Origin: a virus
Virus record (IMG/VR): IMGVR_UViG_3300023106_000012
Location: 1-57,157 of that record
DNA: 57,157 nt
Direction: 5' to 3' (one strand)
The first letter of the stretch is position 1. Each line of letters opens with the position of its first letter. Shown in pieces: positions 24,287 to 34,665 of the stretch. A program made the position numbers and the translations under genes. A model generated the notes under the pieces. It was given only the letters and a program-made list of their open reading frames with translations, was not told the DNA's origin and ran no database searches.

Positions 24287-26353
24287 TTATTGATACCTTA
24301 TGTAAGTGCCGTCTCCTATATCTAAAATACCAGGTATTTCGATATTGCTTACGTCGAAAATCTCATTGTCAGAGCCCCCGATATTATTATTAAATGCCCC
24401 GGCCGTTTTAATCAAATTAGCTTTTACAACGTAAATATTGGTTACACCGAGAGGCCCCTCGACTTCACACTCTCCATTTTTCACATAGTAAACCCCGTTT
24501 ATCTGTAAATCCTTATGATTAAACGCCTCGACCATTTTCCTCATTATCTCGGCTGTAACGGGCTCAAATGTAAATTGGGTGCCCTCGTATACTTCGGCTC
24601 TTAAAAGTACCGTAGTGCTATCCGTTTTATAGTTCTCGCTTGTTTCTATAGGTATGGCCGCGGCCGCTGTCAATAGTTGTCTTATCGTGTTTGATATTCC
24701 TGTACTATAAAAAACGTCGGTATTTTCCGGGTTTCGATATTTTATTTCGACGGTTCCCGGCTGTTTAACTTTTACGTTTATAAACTCGCTCAAATGCTCC
24801 AGGCTGCCAAAATCCTCGTCTATACTGTCAATTCTTACCTGGATGTCCTCGCCCTGGTAATCGACAAGGTCGATAACAAACTCATAAACCTCGTAATTAA
24901 AGAGATTAAAGATAGAGCCAACAATTACGTTAAGGGCCGGACCGGTATACGTGTTGTCAACAATTATAATATCGGCATAAAGGTCGTTATCATAAAATAT
25001 CTCTGTGATTTGATACCACACCCCGGCAATCTGAAAATAGTTGCCTATGGTTGCCCAATAGGGCAAGGTGCCGTTAAGCGCATAGTCTCCGGTGTCGACA
25101 TCGGTATCATAGTCATAAGTATTTCCCGCTTGGAAATAAAAGCCGAGTTTGCCACCATCAACGCTCACTTGTATTGCATCCCTCTTATCTTTTACGCCGA
25201 TATTGTTTGATTTCTGTATTACTGGAACTGAAACCTCTTGCCCGTTTTGCCTTATAATTGTGGCCAGGTTTATCGAGTAATTGCTTTTAAATTGGGTCGT
25301 AATAATATCGGCGGTTTGAAATTGCTGTATTTCCATATAAGGGAGCACAACGTCGGCCTCACAGCTCAAAGTGTTTTCGTCGTTCTTATAATTTCCGGCG
25401 TCGCTAAAATCTATACGATTTGCAAAGCGAAAACTCATTGACTTGCTTATAAAGAAAAAAGGAACTCTTGACCCTCCAAACTCTGCAACGGTTAACGCTT
25501 TGTACTTTGTGCAACCAAATTGGTCTTTAAAATAAATCCAGTAATCTCCCGCCGGGATGCCCGAAAAAACATTACTTTCCTGATAGTCGTCCGATACCGG
25601 AGAGGTATCGGGCGGCACTATCGCGTAAGTAAGCACGAGGCCGGTTTGGTTTACCGAGTTAAATATTAAAGTTGCCCCGTTTGGGCTATTGTTAACAGTT
25701 TCGACCTGGTTATCTGCTGAAAGCAAAGAGGGCGTTTGAAATCCCTGTATAGCGTTGAGAGGTGTTGTTTGGTTGCTCGTTAGGCTTATATTTCCGTTAG
25801 TGCCTCTTGGATAATTAAAAGTATAAGTAGTGCTATTTATGCCGCTTTCGGTAACTGGCTGTAATATAGCGGACATTTCGACGTTGGTAGTAACCTTTAC
25901 TCTTACTTTTCTACAACGGTCAAAAGAGTAGGGTAAATATTCAATATTCGTAATTAAAAAAGGTAATTGCGCGTTATCATTTCCAAATACAAAATAAACA
26001 AGTAGTAAGTCGGTAAAGTCCCCGTTTCTCCTCGTGGCAAGACCGGTCTCCCAGGTGTATTGCGTCGGAGATACAATATTTACGACATTGGCCGTCCTTG
26101 TAACCTGGTGGATGCCAGTGCCGTTATAATCAAGATTGAAAGCGGTTAAAAAATTCATTGCAGCTCGCTCACCGACGGTGGCCGTGGGGGTGCCGGTCGT
26201 AACCCTATAGGCTGCGTTTCGTGTTGTTATCCAAATCCAATCAGGGTCTAATGGCGTTATACTCGTGCCATTGTTATAGGTACCTGTAAGCCTAAGTATC
26301 GAGCCATTTAGTAGGTCCTGATTAAATGTGATTTGTATCGTATTTCCTGCCAT
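24287..26353 (-). CDS. tail/baseplate structural protein (Tal position)
   Basis: 688 aa, the second gene after the tape measure. Confidence 0.55.
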   Translation of the reverse strand: MAGNTIQITFNQDLLNGSILRLTGTYNNGTSITPLDPDWIWITTRNAAYRVTTGTPTATVGERAAMNFLTAFNLDYNGTGIHQVTRTANVVNIVSPTQYTWETGLATRRNGDFTDLLLVYFVFGNDNAQLPFLITNIEYLPYSFDRCRKVRVKVTTNVEMSAILQPVTESGINSTTYTFNYPRGTNGNISLTSNQTTPLNAIQGFQTPSLLSADNQVETVNNSPNGATLIFNSVNQTGLVLTYAIVPPDTSPVSDDYQESNVFSGIPAGDYWIYFKDQFGCTKYKALTVAEFGGSRVPFFFISKSMSFRFANRIDFSDAGNYKNDENTLSCEADVVLPYMEIQQFQTADIITTQFKSNYSINLATIIRQNGQEVSVPVIQKSNNIGVKDKRDAIQVSVDGGKLGFYFQAGNTYDYDTDVDTGDYALNGTLPYWATIGNYFQIAGVWYQITEIFYDNDLYADIIIVDNTYTGPALNVIVGSIFNLFNYEVYEFVIDLVDYQGEDIQVRIDSIDEDFGSLEHLSEFINVKVKQPGTVEIKYRNPENTDVFYSTGISNTIRQLLTAAAAIPIETSENYKTDSTTVLLRAEVYEGTQFTFEPVTAEIMRKMVEAFNHKDLQINGVYYVKNGECEVEGPLGVTNIYVVKANLIKTAGAFNNNIGGSDNEIFDVSNIEIPGILDIGDGTYIRYQ

Positions 26354-26357
26354 AATA

Positions 26358-28664
26358 TTACCTGTTTGCGATTAGTAATTTAAACTTACCCTGATTAGGC
26401 TGTAAATTTATAAAAAAGCCTCTCTTTAGGTTTCCGTTTTCGTCCTCAAATTCAATAAGTCCGTACATATTTGGAATAGACACCCCATTGATTACAGTCG
26501 TGCCCTCTATTTGCCTCATAATATCACCGGTTACGTCGTGCTCAAATTCTATATATCGGGGAACGAAACGAGCCCGCTCAAGTTCAGAGTTTATAATATT
26601 TCCATTTTCGGCATGTTCAATGCCTCCTATAGGCTTTGTTTTTAATGAACTGTTAGCCGTCGAGCTGCCATATCTTACATAGTCGCTAATATACTTTGTA
26701 AACCCGGCGCCAAAATACCAAGCATGTCTTAAAAGCATATTTATAGGGGATAATCGCAAATTTGTAGCCGTCTCCGGGCTATAAGTGCCGGTTGGTGCTT
26801 GAGCAAAATCGTCTTGCCATTTTCTCTCTAAAAATACATACGGTCCGGAGTATGGTGTCCCAGGGTCGGAGGGATTTCTTTTTAAATCCATTATAAAAAT
26901 ATCATTATCGTAAGAGCTGTCCTCTGTTGGGAAACTCTCCAGGGGCTTACGCCTGGCAAACTCTTTACCGTAACTATCGGCGCGGTAAGGAGAGACCTGT
27001 GAGAATTTATTTTCGGCTGCCGTTATTACCGTGGTAAAAGTAGACTTTGCGTTATACTCGTCGAGACCCATAGCCTCCTCGTAATCTCCTCCTTTTGCGT
27101 AACCAATTTCAAGGCCGGAGTAAAGGTATTTTGTAGCAACACTATATTTCTCTTTCTGTATTCTATTTGGTAGCCTAACGGTAACCTGATTTTGATAAAA
27201 CCATTTTAAGTCCTCTATTACAATTCTTTCTTTATAGCCAAAGTTTTCTATACCTAAGCCCACATTCCAAACGGCCTGATTAGATGCAGTAAATTCCTGG
27301 AAAGATGTTGTTAGCGGTTTAAATGAATTTATCACATCCTCGGTACTTGGAGGGTTTGCATCAAAACCTCTCACCCAAAACCCATGAGTATAGCCATTGA
27401 GGGCTCCTTTTCCGTTTTCAGGATAGCCAATGTCAACCCTACCAAAGAAATTAGACCTAAATGCCGTTTTATCATTTGTCATAATTTCAACAAGGCGCCC
27501 GGCGAGCTCATGTGCCAAGATAAATTTTGATTGTGTTGCCTCCCTATAACTATCCTCAACAATTGAAAGAGTTGCAACGATGCCCTCGGCTCTTACTGCA
27601 AAATGCCCATCGTGTAAAGTACTACTCAAATTACATTTTGAATAAAATTCTAAATCCAGGCTTTGGCCTAATAAAAGGGTAACAGCTCCCTGATAACTTA
27701 CAGTCCAAGTCTTTTTTGGATTGCTGTTTTGTCCTGAAAATGGATTTAGCCACCAATCCCCGCCCAGGCCATAAACGCCGCCGTGGTCGTCGCTATTCCA
27801 TAGCTCCAGGCGTTCCGGGTCGCTATAATCCTCGCCGTTACTATATTTACTTAAAAAAAGTCCCCAAAAGGCATGATTAACGTCGTCATTTTGATAACAA
27901 TTAGATGTAAATGTAATATCCAATTTTATATTAAACGTCCTGGTAGGCGCCTCGCTATTGGCGAAAAACATTATACCGGTCGTCCCGCTGTTTTCACCTC
28001 CATAAGTTTCAGGGGTTACGCTTTGCGCCTCCTCATGGCTTTCGCTGTAAAGATTAAGGGGAACGCCTACCGATTTAGCACGGTCGAGGCCGCCGTTGCT
28101 TGCAGGGGCTTGTTGGTAAATAGTTGCGGTATTATCGCTCTCCTTTGTATTGAAAAGGGATGTTAATAAAATACGGCGTCCGTCAAGTTGTACTTTGTCA
28201 ATTCTCACCGGAGCCATAGGTTTCCCGTCCATTGTTGTCGTGCGTTCAATCTCAACACTTTCGCCTTGCCTGGCTTTAAGTAGTTGCTCAAGGCCGCCGG
28301 AGCTGAATTTTATAGATACCTCGCCGTTTTCAACCTCAAGGGTTGTAAGGTCGAGATAACCATAATAAGAAGTTTCCCAAAGGTCGGTTTGGTCATTTCT
28401 TTCGTCTTTAATAAGCCTAATCTTTGCGTTAACTCCAAAAATTTCGTCGACGGATAGAATAAAATCCGCACCGGTGCCAACAAATTTAAGAGAGTTAGAA
28501 AACTTTGCAAAGATACCGTGATAGTCCTCATTACGAGAAATTTCTTTCTCGTCCTCGTTCCAACCCTCCGGGTCTTGTATGACTTGAGACCCGTAAGGTT
28601 TGTACTGGAGGGTGTAACGTACTCGGTCGTGATATGCGGGGTTTACGTTTCCCATTAGTTCCAC
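26358..28664 (-). CDS. tail/baseplate structural protein (Dit position)
   Basis: 768 aa. An alternative ATG at 28655 forms a TAATG junction with the tape-measure stop. Confidence 0.6.
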   Translation of the reverse strand: MELMGNVNPAYHDRVRYTLQYKPYGSQVIQDPEGWNEDEKEISRNEDYHGIFAKFSNSLKFVGTGADFILSVDEIFGVNAKIRLIKDERNDQTDLWETSYYGYLDLTTLEVENGEVSIKFSSGGLEQLLKARQGESVEIERTTTMDGKPMAPVRIDKVQLDGRRILLTSLFNTKESDNTATIYQQAPASNGGLDRAKSVGVPLNLYSESHEEAQSVTPETYGGENSGTTGIMFFANSEAPTRTFNIKLDITFTSNCYQNDDVNHAFWGLFLSKYSNGEDYSDPERLELWNSDDHGGVYGLGGDWWLNPFSGQNSNPKKTWTVSYQGAVTLLLGQSLDLEFYSKCNLSSTLHDGHFAVRAEGIVATLSIVEDSYREATQSKFILAHELAGRLVEIMTNDKTAFRSNFFGRVDIGYPENGKGALNGYTHGFWVRGFDANPPSTEDVINSFKPLTTSFQEFTASNQAVWNVGLGIENFGYKERIVIEDLKWFYQNQVTVRLPNRIQKEKYSVATKYLYSGLEIGYAKGGDYEEAMGLDEYNAKSTFTTVITAAENKFSQVSPYRADSYGKEFARRKPLESFPTEDSSYDNDIFIMDLKRNPSDPGTPYSGPYVFLERKWQDDFAQAPTGTYSPETATNLRLSPINMLLRHAWYFGAGFTKYISDYVRYGSSTANSSLKTKPIGGIEHAENGNIINSELERARFVPRYIEFEHDVTGDIMRQIEGTTVINGVSIPNMYGLIEFEDENGNLKRGFFINLQPNQGKFKLLIANR

Positions 28665-31600
28665 TTAGTATTTTTAAGCGCCCAAAGTGCGTGAGGTATG
28701 TCGACCTTTGGAGCTTCGTTATTAATGTTAATTTTTATGTCCTTAAATCCTTTCTTTATACCGTCTTTTATAGACTTCTCGAGATTGTGATTTACTTTGT
28801 CAACTTCAAGTATTTTTTGGAATGCCTTGACCTTATCATTTTCCCGGGCAATATTCATGTACACGGTATTTTTAACCTGTTTTATATAGGCATCCGGCGA
28901 GCTGTGAACGGTGTCGCCCTCCTCGAGCTGCATAAGCGTTGGCACGGCGGGCGTTACCCTAATATTACCTTTTTTATCCTCGATTATCTCGTTAACAAAA
29001 CCGTCACCAAGCCAAGCAACCTCTTTAGGTCCACCTTTACGGCCTCCTTTATATTTCGGGATTGGTTGAGCAAGTAAAGTCGCTAATTGTACGGCACCTA
29101 TTGAGGCATAGGCCGCGGCTATGGCCGCCGCTGAAATACCAAAATCGAACTTTGGAACTTGTGCCAATGCAGAGATTACGGCAAGAGTAGTCTCGAATAT
29201 AATTTCGGAGGCTTTTACGGCTTTATTAAAAATAGCCTGTTTTCTTTGCTCGTCCCTTTTCTTTTTCTCAAGAGCTGCTTTTTTCTTATCTGCCTCTTTT
29301 TGAATGAGTTCTTTTTTTCGCTCGTCGTCCCCTGCAAGCTCAAGTTGCTCGTCATAATAATCACTTAGGCGGTTTAGCTCGTCGTCTATCTTTTGAATAC
29401 GATTATCAAAAATAGAGTTAGTCAAATCGACAAGGCTATCTTTTAAATTTAAAGCGAGGTCTTTCAGCTTCTCATTTTTCTCCTCGTCAGATAGCTCTTG
29501 TTTTTTGTTGCCCTGAATATAGCCCTGGGTAACCAATTCCGACAACTCTCTTTTTGTATTGCTAAGAGTTGCCTCGATTTCTTTTCTCTTTTCGGCTGTT
29601 AGGTTTTCAGTTGAAAGCAAGGCCTCGGTGGCCGCAATTTGGTCTTGTAGGGCTTTTATTGCGTACTCTCTTTTAAGGTCGGCAATCTTTTTTTCGTGTG
29701 CCTCGACCGCCGCCTCCCTTTTTCCCTCGGCAACTCTCTCATTGGCAAATCGGTTGTTTTCCCTAATAATATCCTGGTTAAGGGCATTATTTAAATCCTG
29801 GTTTCTATTGTTAAGGCGCTTTTCAAAATCTCTAACCTGTAGGTCGTCAAGTTTTTTCTCGGCCGCTTTATAAACCTCGTCTTTTTTAGCCTGGTACTCC
29901 TCGAGCACCAAAATCTCCTCATTGTTGAGTTTCTTTTTAATCTTACCACCATTAAGCAAAATATTAATTTCGCCATCGGTTAGGTCTCTCACCTTGTCAT
30001 TATATCGACTTATGTCCTTGAGTTTCTTCTCGGCGCTCTCCTCATTGAGGGCGAGTAAAACATTTTCATTTTTTATAACAGCGTCGGCCTGGTCTTGGTA
30101 AGAATTGTTAACGTCGTCAATGGTCTCCTCGTTTTGGGCTTTTAATCTGTTAAGGCGAAAAACGGCCAAATTGTAGGCGTCGTCGTCTATTTTTTTCATT
30201 CGTGCGAGATAATCCTCCCGCTCTTTTTTTGCGTCTTTTTGGGCCTTGGTAGTGCTGTATATGGCCTCCCGCTCTTTTTTAAGAATAGCAATACGTTTGT
30301 CAATAAGAACGCCCTCGGATTTTGTCGCTTTTGTCAAACCATCAATTTTATCTTGCTCGGCTTTTATCTCGGCGTCGATAACCTCGATTGTACGCGCGAC
30401 GTTCTCCTCGGCTTTCTTTCCGGTTCCACCGGCGGCACTTGCCTCTTTTTGAGCGGCGGTAAGGCCTTTAAGTGCTTTTATCTTGGCCTCGGTATCTGCA
30501 ACGCTTTTTTCGGCCGCCACACGGTCGGAAAGATATGCAGCTCTTTCCAAGTTGTTAAGGTTTCTAAAATCCTGAAAAATATTATTACGGGTTTGCAAAA
30601 CACCATTTACTTTAGTAATAACTGTAAATTGGTCGTCAACCCTCAAACCAACGGCGCCGCCCTCTTTGTCGGTTGCTCTCAATCGCTCGAGCTCAATCCT
30701 TTGTTGCTTTAACAACTCGGTTTGTTTTTCGATTTCAACGGCTTTTTGGGCTGCAATGTTTTCGCGTTGAAGTTTGTTATACTCCCGGAGCTTATCCCCG
30801 CTTAACTGTATAGCCTCACCGTATTTATTTACTTTGGTAGTTGCATCCGGGGCAATCTCTCCCAGCGCTTTAGTAAGCTCGTTAAATTCTTTTTGCTCTT
30901 TCGCGCTAAGATTTACTTTGCCTTTTAGCTCCTCATAACGCCCAATCATTTTATCGGTTGAAGCGATATTTTTCTCCTGTATATCCCGGCTTCTAAGAAA
31001 CTCGTCGGTTGATTTATTAGTCTCCTCTGTCAGTTCCTTTGTGGTTTTCTGCATGGAGCGCAAAGCAATTACCGCCCCAACAACCGCAACGGCAAGCAAC
31101 GCAAAAGGATTTAGTGCGGCCGTGGCATTTAAAGCGGCAAGGTTGCCACGTAGGCCAACGAGGCCGTTGCTCATAATGCCCTGGGCTATTATTTGGGCAT
31201 AGGTGGCCGCTGTCTGTATTTTAGTGTAAAGCGTGGCCGCTATTATAGAGGCGCGATACAGTAACCACAAGCCGATTGCCTGGCCAACGGTATTTATAAT
31301 TAAGCCGAGATTTTCGGCAAGAAAAGAAACCGTTGACGTTAATGTTTTAGAGGCGCCGGTGCTCTCGTTAGTTTTTAATATGTAATCCTCGAAAGAGCTG
31401 TCTAAAATTTCAAGTTGGGCGTCCAGGCTTTTAAGCTGTTTATTTGTCAGCTCCTCCAGTGAGCCCCTTGAATTTTCATAGGCGAAAGTCATTTCATCAA
31501 TTTTCTCCCTATTGTTAGAAAGTATTAAGGCAAGCTTTCCGGCTTCAACACCAAATAAATTATTGGCAGTTGTAAGCACGTCCAAATCGCTCGCACCCTC

Positions 31601-33364
31601 TTTTTGCTTTTGATTAATTTTGTCGAGAGCTTGCTCGAGCGTTAGACCTTGTTGAGCTATTTTACCTAAGCCCGTACCCAAAAGACGCCCGGCACTTTCG
31701 GCTTTTATACCGTTATCGGCTAAAATACCTATCATTGCCGCGGTTTGCTCGAGAGAGAAGTTAAGCGACCTCGCAACCGGTGCTATATAGCTGAAAGCAT
31801 CCCTTAGCCCCTGGAAATCGAGAGCGGAACGATTGGCAGCCTCGGCCAATACATCGGTATATCTCGCCGCCTGGTCAGCGCCCTCTCCATAAGCATTTAA
31901 TAGGCCTTTCACAAGGCCGGCCGCATCCTCGGCGGTTGCCCTTAGAGCAATAGATAAATCATTTACCGGTTTAAGTAATTTTTCGGCCTCCTCCGGCGTT
32001 GAGCCTAATTTTATTAACTCGGTGGCGAGCTTGGCCACATCGGTAGCACTGTTTATACTTGCAGCGGCAACGGCTTGTATAGTACTTTCAAGAGGCTGTA
32101 TTTGGTCACGGGTTTTGCCGGCAACGGCGGCCAGGTTAACAACCTCGGCCTCGTAGTTTTTGACAATATCAAAGGATTTTTTAAGCGCGTCGGCAAAGGC
32201 TTGTATACCACCAACCACACCAAAGGCGCTAACCAATGATAAAAGCCCCTGTTGTAAATTTTTAAATCCTCCAGTCGGATAGTTACCAATATTTTTTTGG
32301 AATATATCGACCGCATTGTCGACCTCCCTTACTTTTTTGTTTAGTATCTCATATTCTCGCTCTGTAGCCTTTATAGAGGCACGGTCTTTCACCTCGGCGG
32401 CCAATAGGTCGGCGAGCCTCATTTGCGCATCCCTGCGGGCTCTGTTTAGTTTTTCATAAGCGCCAACAAGTCCCAAATCCTCCCTGGCTTGTTGCTTTTT
32501 AATTTTGTTGAGCGCTTCATTTTGCACTCGCTCCTCAATGGTGAGAACGGTATTTCGTTTTGCAGCGGCCTCCTCTTTTGCTGCTACCGTTAGCTCCTTG
32601 CTCTTTATATCGAGGGTGTTTTTAGCAATTCTTTGCTCTTGCTCAATCGCGACTTTCTCCTCCCGGAGAGTTGCCAGGCGAGAGCGCTTTAATTTCTCCT
32701 CCTCATTTAGCAATTGCACACTTGCCTTGTCGGTGTTAAGGCGTTGTTGCTCCAGGCGCTCGAGCTCTTTTAATAATACCGACTCCTCTCTTTCGTTGGC
32801 CAAAACTTTACGCTCAAGGTTTTGTTGCTCGCCTAAAAGCTTAATTTCTGCCTCTATTTCCTGGGTCAGTTTTCGAGCGAGCTCGGATGCCTCTTTATCT
32901 GTTTTAATGCTCTCCTGTTTGGTGCGTTGCACCGAGCGCTCGAGTTGCTCCTCCTGTTTTAATTCATTTGTAAGCTTAACGTGAGCAAGGCGCTCGTCGT
33001 CCAGGGCTTTTTTGTTATCGGTCGACCCTTTTTGCCTGGCCTTATTAATCGTGTCTTGTATCTTCTGTAAAGAGGTTTGTCGGTTTCGCTCCTCATTTAA
33101 TTCCTTTAGGGCAAGTTGCTCGTCTTTTAGAGATAGGATAATTTGGTCAATAGCATTTTTCTCTTTGCCCTTTAGGTCAAAAAGTTGCAGGTTATTAGTT
33201 GCTCCTTTGTATTGTCCCAAAACTTCCTTGAGTACACCTGCCGATTTTATCAGGGTCTCGTTTGAGTTTATTGCAATCTTGGCTTGCTCGGCGTATTTTT
33301 CGCCAAATCTTAAAGCCTCGTCCTCAATAATGTCTTGGAGGGTTATTTTACCATCATTTGCCAT
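28655..33364 (-). CDS. tail tape measure protein
   Basis: 1569 aa. Long E/K/Q coiled coils flank a hydrophobic Gly/Ala-rich core. Position upstream of the baseplate genes fits. Confidence 0.85.
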   Translation of the reverse strand: MANDGKITLQDIIEDEALRFGEKYAEQAKIAINSNETLIKSAGVLKEVLGQYKGATNNLQLFDLKGKEKNAIDQIILSLKDEQLALKELNEERNRQTSLQKIQDTINKARQKGSTDNKKALDDERLAHVKLTNELKQEEQLERSVQRTKQESIKTDKEASELARKLTQEIEAEIKLLGEQQNLERKVLANEREESVLLKELERLEQQRLNTDKASVQLLNEEEKLKRSRLATLREEKVAIEQEQRIAKNTLDIKSKELTVAAKEEAAAKRNTVLTIEERVQNEALNKIKKQQAREDLGLVGAYEKLNRARRDAQMRLADLLAAEVKDRASIKATEREYEILNKKVREVDNAVDIFQKNIGNYPTGGFKNLQQGLLSLVSAFGVVGGIQAFADALKKSFDIVKNYEAEVVNLAAVAGKTRDQIQPLESTIQAVAAASINSATDVAKLATELIKLGSTPEEAEKLLKPVNDLSIALRATAEDAAGLVKGLLNAYGEGADQAARYTDVLAEAANRSALDFQGLRDAFSYIAPVARSLNFSLEQTAAMIGILADNGIKAESAGRLLGTGLGKIAQQGLTLEQALDKINQKQKEGASDLDVLTTANNLFGVEAGKLALILSNNREKIDEMTFAYENSRGSLEELTNKQLKSLDAQLEILDSSFEDYILKTNESTGASKTLTSTVSFLAENLGLIINTVGQAIGLWLLYRASIIAATLYTKIQTAATYAQIIAQGIMSNGLVGLRGNLAALNATAALNPFALLAVAVVGAVIALRSMQKTTKELTEETNKSTDEFLRSRDIQEKNIASTDKMIGRYEELKGKVNLSAKEQKEFNELTKALGEIAPDATTKVNKYGEAIQLSGDKLREYNKLQRENIAAQKAVEIEKQTELLKQQRIELERLRATDKEGGAVGLRVDDQFTVITKVNGVLQTRNNIFQDFRNLNNLERAAYLSDRVAAEKSVADTEAKIKALKGLTAAQKEASAAGGTGKKAEENVARTIEVIDAEIKAEQDKIDGLTKATKSEGVLIDKRIAILKKEREAIYSTTKAQKDAKKEREDYLARMKKIDDDAYNLAVFRLNRLKAQNEETIDDVNNSYQDQADAVIKNENVLLALNEESAEKKLKDISRYNDKVRDLTDGEINILLNGGKIKKKLNNEEILVLEEYQAKKDEVYKAAEKKLDDLQVRDFEKRLNNRNQDLNNALNQDIIRENNRFANERVAEGKREAAVEAHEKKIADLKREYAIKALQDQIAATEALLSTENLTAEKRKEIEATLSNTKRELSELVTQGYIQGNKKQELSDEEKNEKLKDLALNLKDSLVDLTNSIFDNRIQKIDDELNRLSDYYDEQLELAGDDERKKELIQKEADKKKAALEKKKRDEQRKQAIFNKAVKASEIIFETTLAVISALAQVPKFDFGISAAAIAAAYASIGAVQLATLLAQPIPKYKGGRKGGPKEVAWLGDGFVNEIIEDKKGNIRVTPAVPTLMQLEEGDTVHSSPDAYIKQVKNTVYMNIARENDKVKAFQKILEVDKVNHNLEKSIKDGIKKGFKDIKININNEAPKVDIPHALWALKNTKWN

Positions 33365-33932
33365 TTTGAATATTATTTTGTTGGTAAGACTTAATTTTTA
33401 AATCAATCTGTTTTCCCAGGGCAATAACTTTGGTTACCGTTACGGTATTATAGTCAAAGTCGATACCCAGTATGGCGCTATAACTGGCAAGCACCTCGTC
33501 GAGGCTTACCTTTATATCGTCTTTTATTACCGGCAATTGTTTTTTTAGATTTTTAGCTTTCATAAGCAACCCTTGGGCCTCCCGTTGTACAACGGTAATC
33601 CTCTCAAGATAATTCTCGTCGTTTACATCATATCCGAACTCCTGGAGGTCAGCAATAGCAACCTCGTTGTAATTAAAGGCGAGTATCTTGCAGTAAGTTA
33701 TAACGAGCTCATATTTTAGCTCGTGGTAATAAACCTCTCGAGTAATCTTAACAATGCGCTCGGTATCATTTGACGGGTTTAGGGCGAGATATTCTTTATG
33801 TAGCGCATCCCAGGCGCCGGCGAGCTCCTCGTCGGTAACATCCGGGTCGTCCGTTAGTAGACGAAAATTATTTGTTTCTAAAACCTTTATAAGGGTTTTA
33901 TAGGGTGTGTACTCTATGTCTCTATAAATCAT
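33354..33932 (-). CDS. tail assembly chaperone candidate
   Basis: 192 aa, immediately upstream of the tape measure. Confidence 0.45.
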   Translation of the reverse strand: MIYRDIEYTPYKTLIKVLETNNFRLLTDDPDVTDEELAGAWDALHKEYLALNPSNDTERIVKITREVYYHELKYELVITYCKILAFNYNEVAIADLQEFGYDVNDENYLERITVVQREAQGLLMKAKNLKKQLPVIKDDIKVSLDEVLASYSAILGIDFDYNTVTVTKVIALGKQIDLKIKSYQQNNIQNGK

Positions 33933-34396
33933 AAATTCAATTTATTACGTTGTGCCTTAATAAACAAAGGGAGGATTGATTTCTCAATTACCTCCCTTAA
34001 ATTTTTTTCTGAAAGACCAAACAAATCTTTTGTTAACCAGGTTGAAAACTCGCCGCCGTCGTTCTCACTCGTGAGACCCTCGGCCTTGTTATCCTCTGAA
34101 AATACACCAACGCCGTCAGGGTAAAAAGTAAGATACATTTTCTCCTGTAAGCTCCCGGTGTCATAGGCGTCGAAAGGCTCGCCGGCTTTTTTGGAGCCGT
34201 GGGTAATTTGCTCGGTTGCGTATGAATAAAACCCCAGTACATTACCATAACGGTCTTGACTATTCTCAAAAAGTTGCTCCCTGTTTTTGTCAAGTATTAT
34301 TTGCTCAATCTCTCGAATGACGCTAAAAACATCGTCAACGGCAACACTTTTATTTAGACTTTGCGCCCTCTGTAGTTGCTGCCTTAGTGTTGCCAT
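33929..34396 (-). CDS. virion morphogenesis / tail assembly protein candidate
   Basis: 155 aa. Called by position only. Confidence 0.45.
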   Translation of the reverse strand: MATLRQQLQRAQSLNKSVAVDDVFSVIREIEQIILDKNREQLFENSQDRYGNVLGFYSYATEQITHGSKKAGEPFDAYDTGSLQEKMYLTFYPDGVGVFSEDNKAEGLTSENDGGEFSTWLTKDLFGLSEKNLREVIEKSILPLFIKAQRNKLNL

Positions 34397-34601
34397 TTGT
34401 AGCGATTTTGTAAGCTTCTTTAAGTTCGGCCTCCCTGTCTGCGGGCTTCATGTCTGCAAAGACATGGCTATCAGCATACAGCTCGTTAAATTCGGCAGGT
34501 GTCAGCGTAACGCCCTCCTCCGGGAACTCAATAAGACCTTTGTAATTTCGGCTCGATATTGCGGCCGGTTTAAATTTTCTCTCTTTTTTATTTGTTGACA
34601 T
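34350..34601 (-). CDS. hypothetical tail-module protein
   Basis: 83 aa from ATG 34601 (MSTNKKERKF; ORF track 34661). Confidence 0.5.
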   Translation of the reverse strand: MSTNKKERKFKPAAISSRNYKGLIEFPEEGVTLTPAEFNELYADSHVFADMKPADREAELKEAYKIATNGNTKAATTEGAKSK

Positions 34602-34665
34602 GACTTGTAATTTAGATAAGTTAAAAAATAAAAATAATTGGACGCTATTTAAAGCGCCCAATTTA

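Noticed and set aside
28634-29077. Plus-strand ORFs, for example 28634..29077, 32505..32984, 37631..38239 and 38939..39391.
   Set aside because: All lie antisense inside long, well-supported minus-strand genes. Their products are Ser/Leu/Phe-rich and low in complexity, and they lack promoter boxes in the plus orientation. No plus-strand gene is supported anywhere in the window.
33965-33971. CCCTTTG slippery heptamer near the end of 33929..34396 as a -1 frameshift site for a G/GT-type tail chaperone fusion with 33354..33932.
   Set aside because: After a -1 slip the frame reads CCC TTT GTT TAT TAA and stops at once. The 192-aa frame is also closed by TAA TAA just upstream of its own ATG, so no fusion product is possible.
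34350-34450. The 47-nt overlap between 34350..34601 and 33929..34396 as a +1 programmed frameshift.
   Set aside because: The downstream frame is +1 and is open for only about 18 codons upstream of its own ATG. I see no recognisable +1 slippery or rare-codon signal. Independent initiation is simpler. It stays untested, not disproved.
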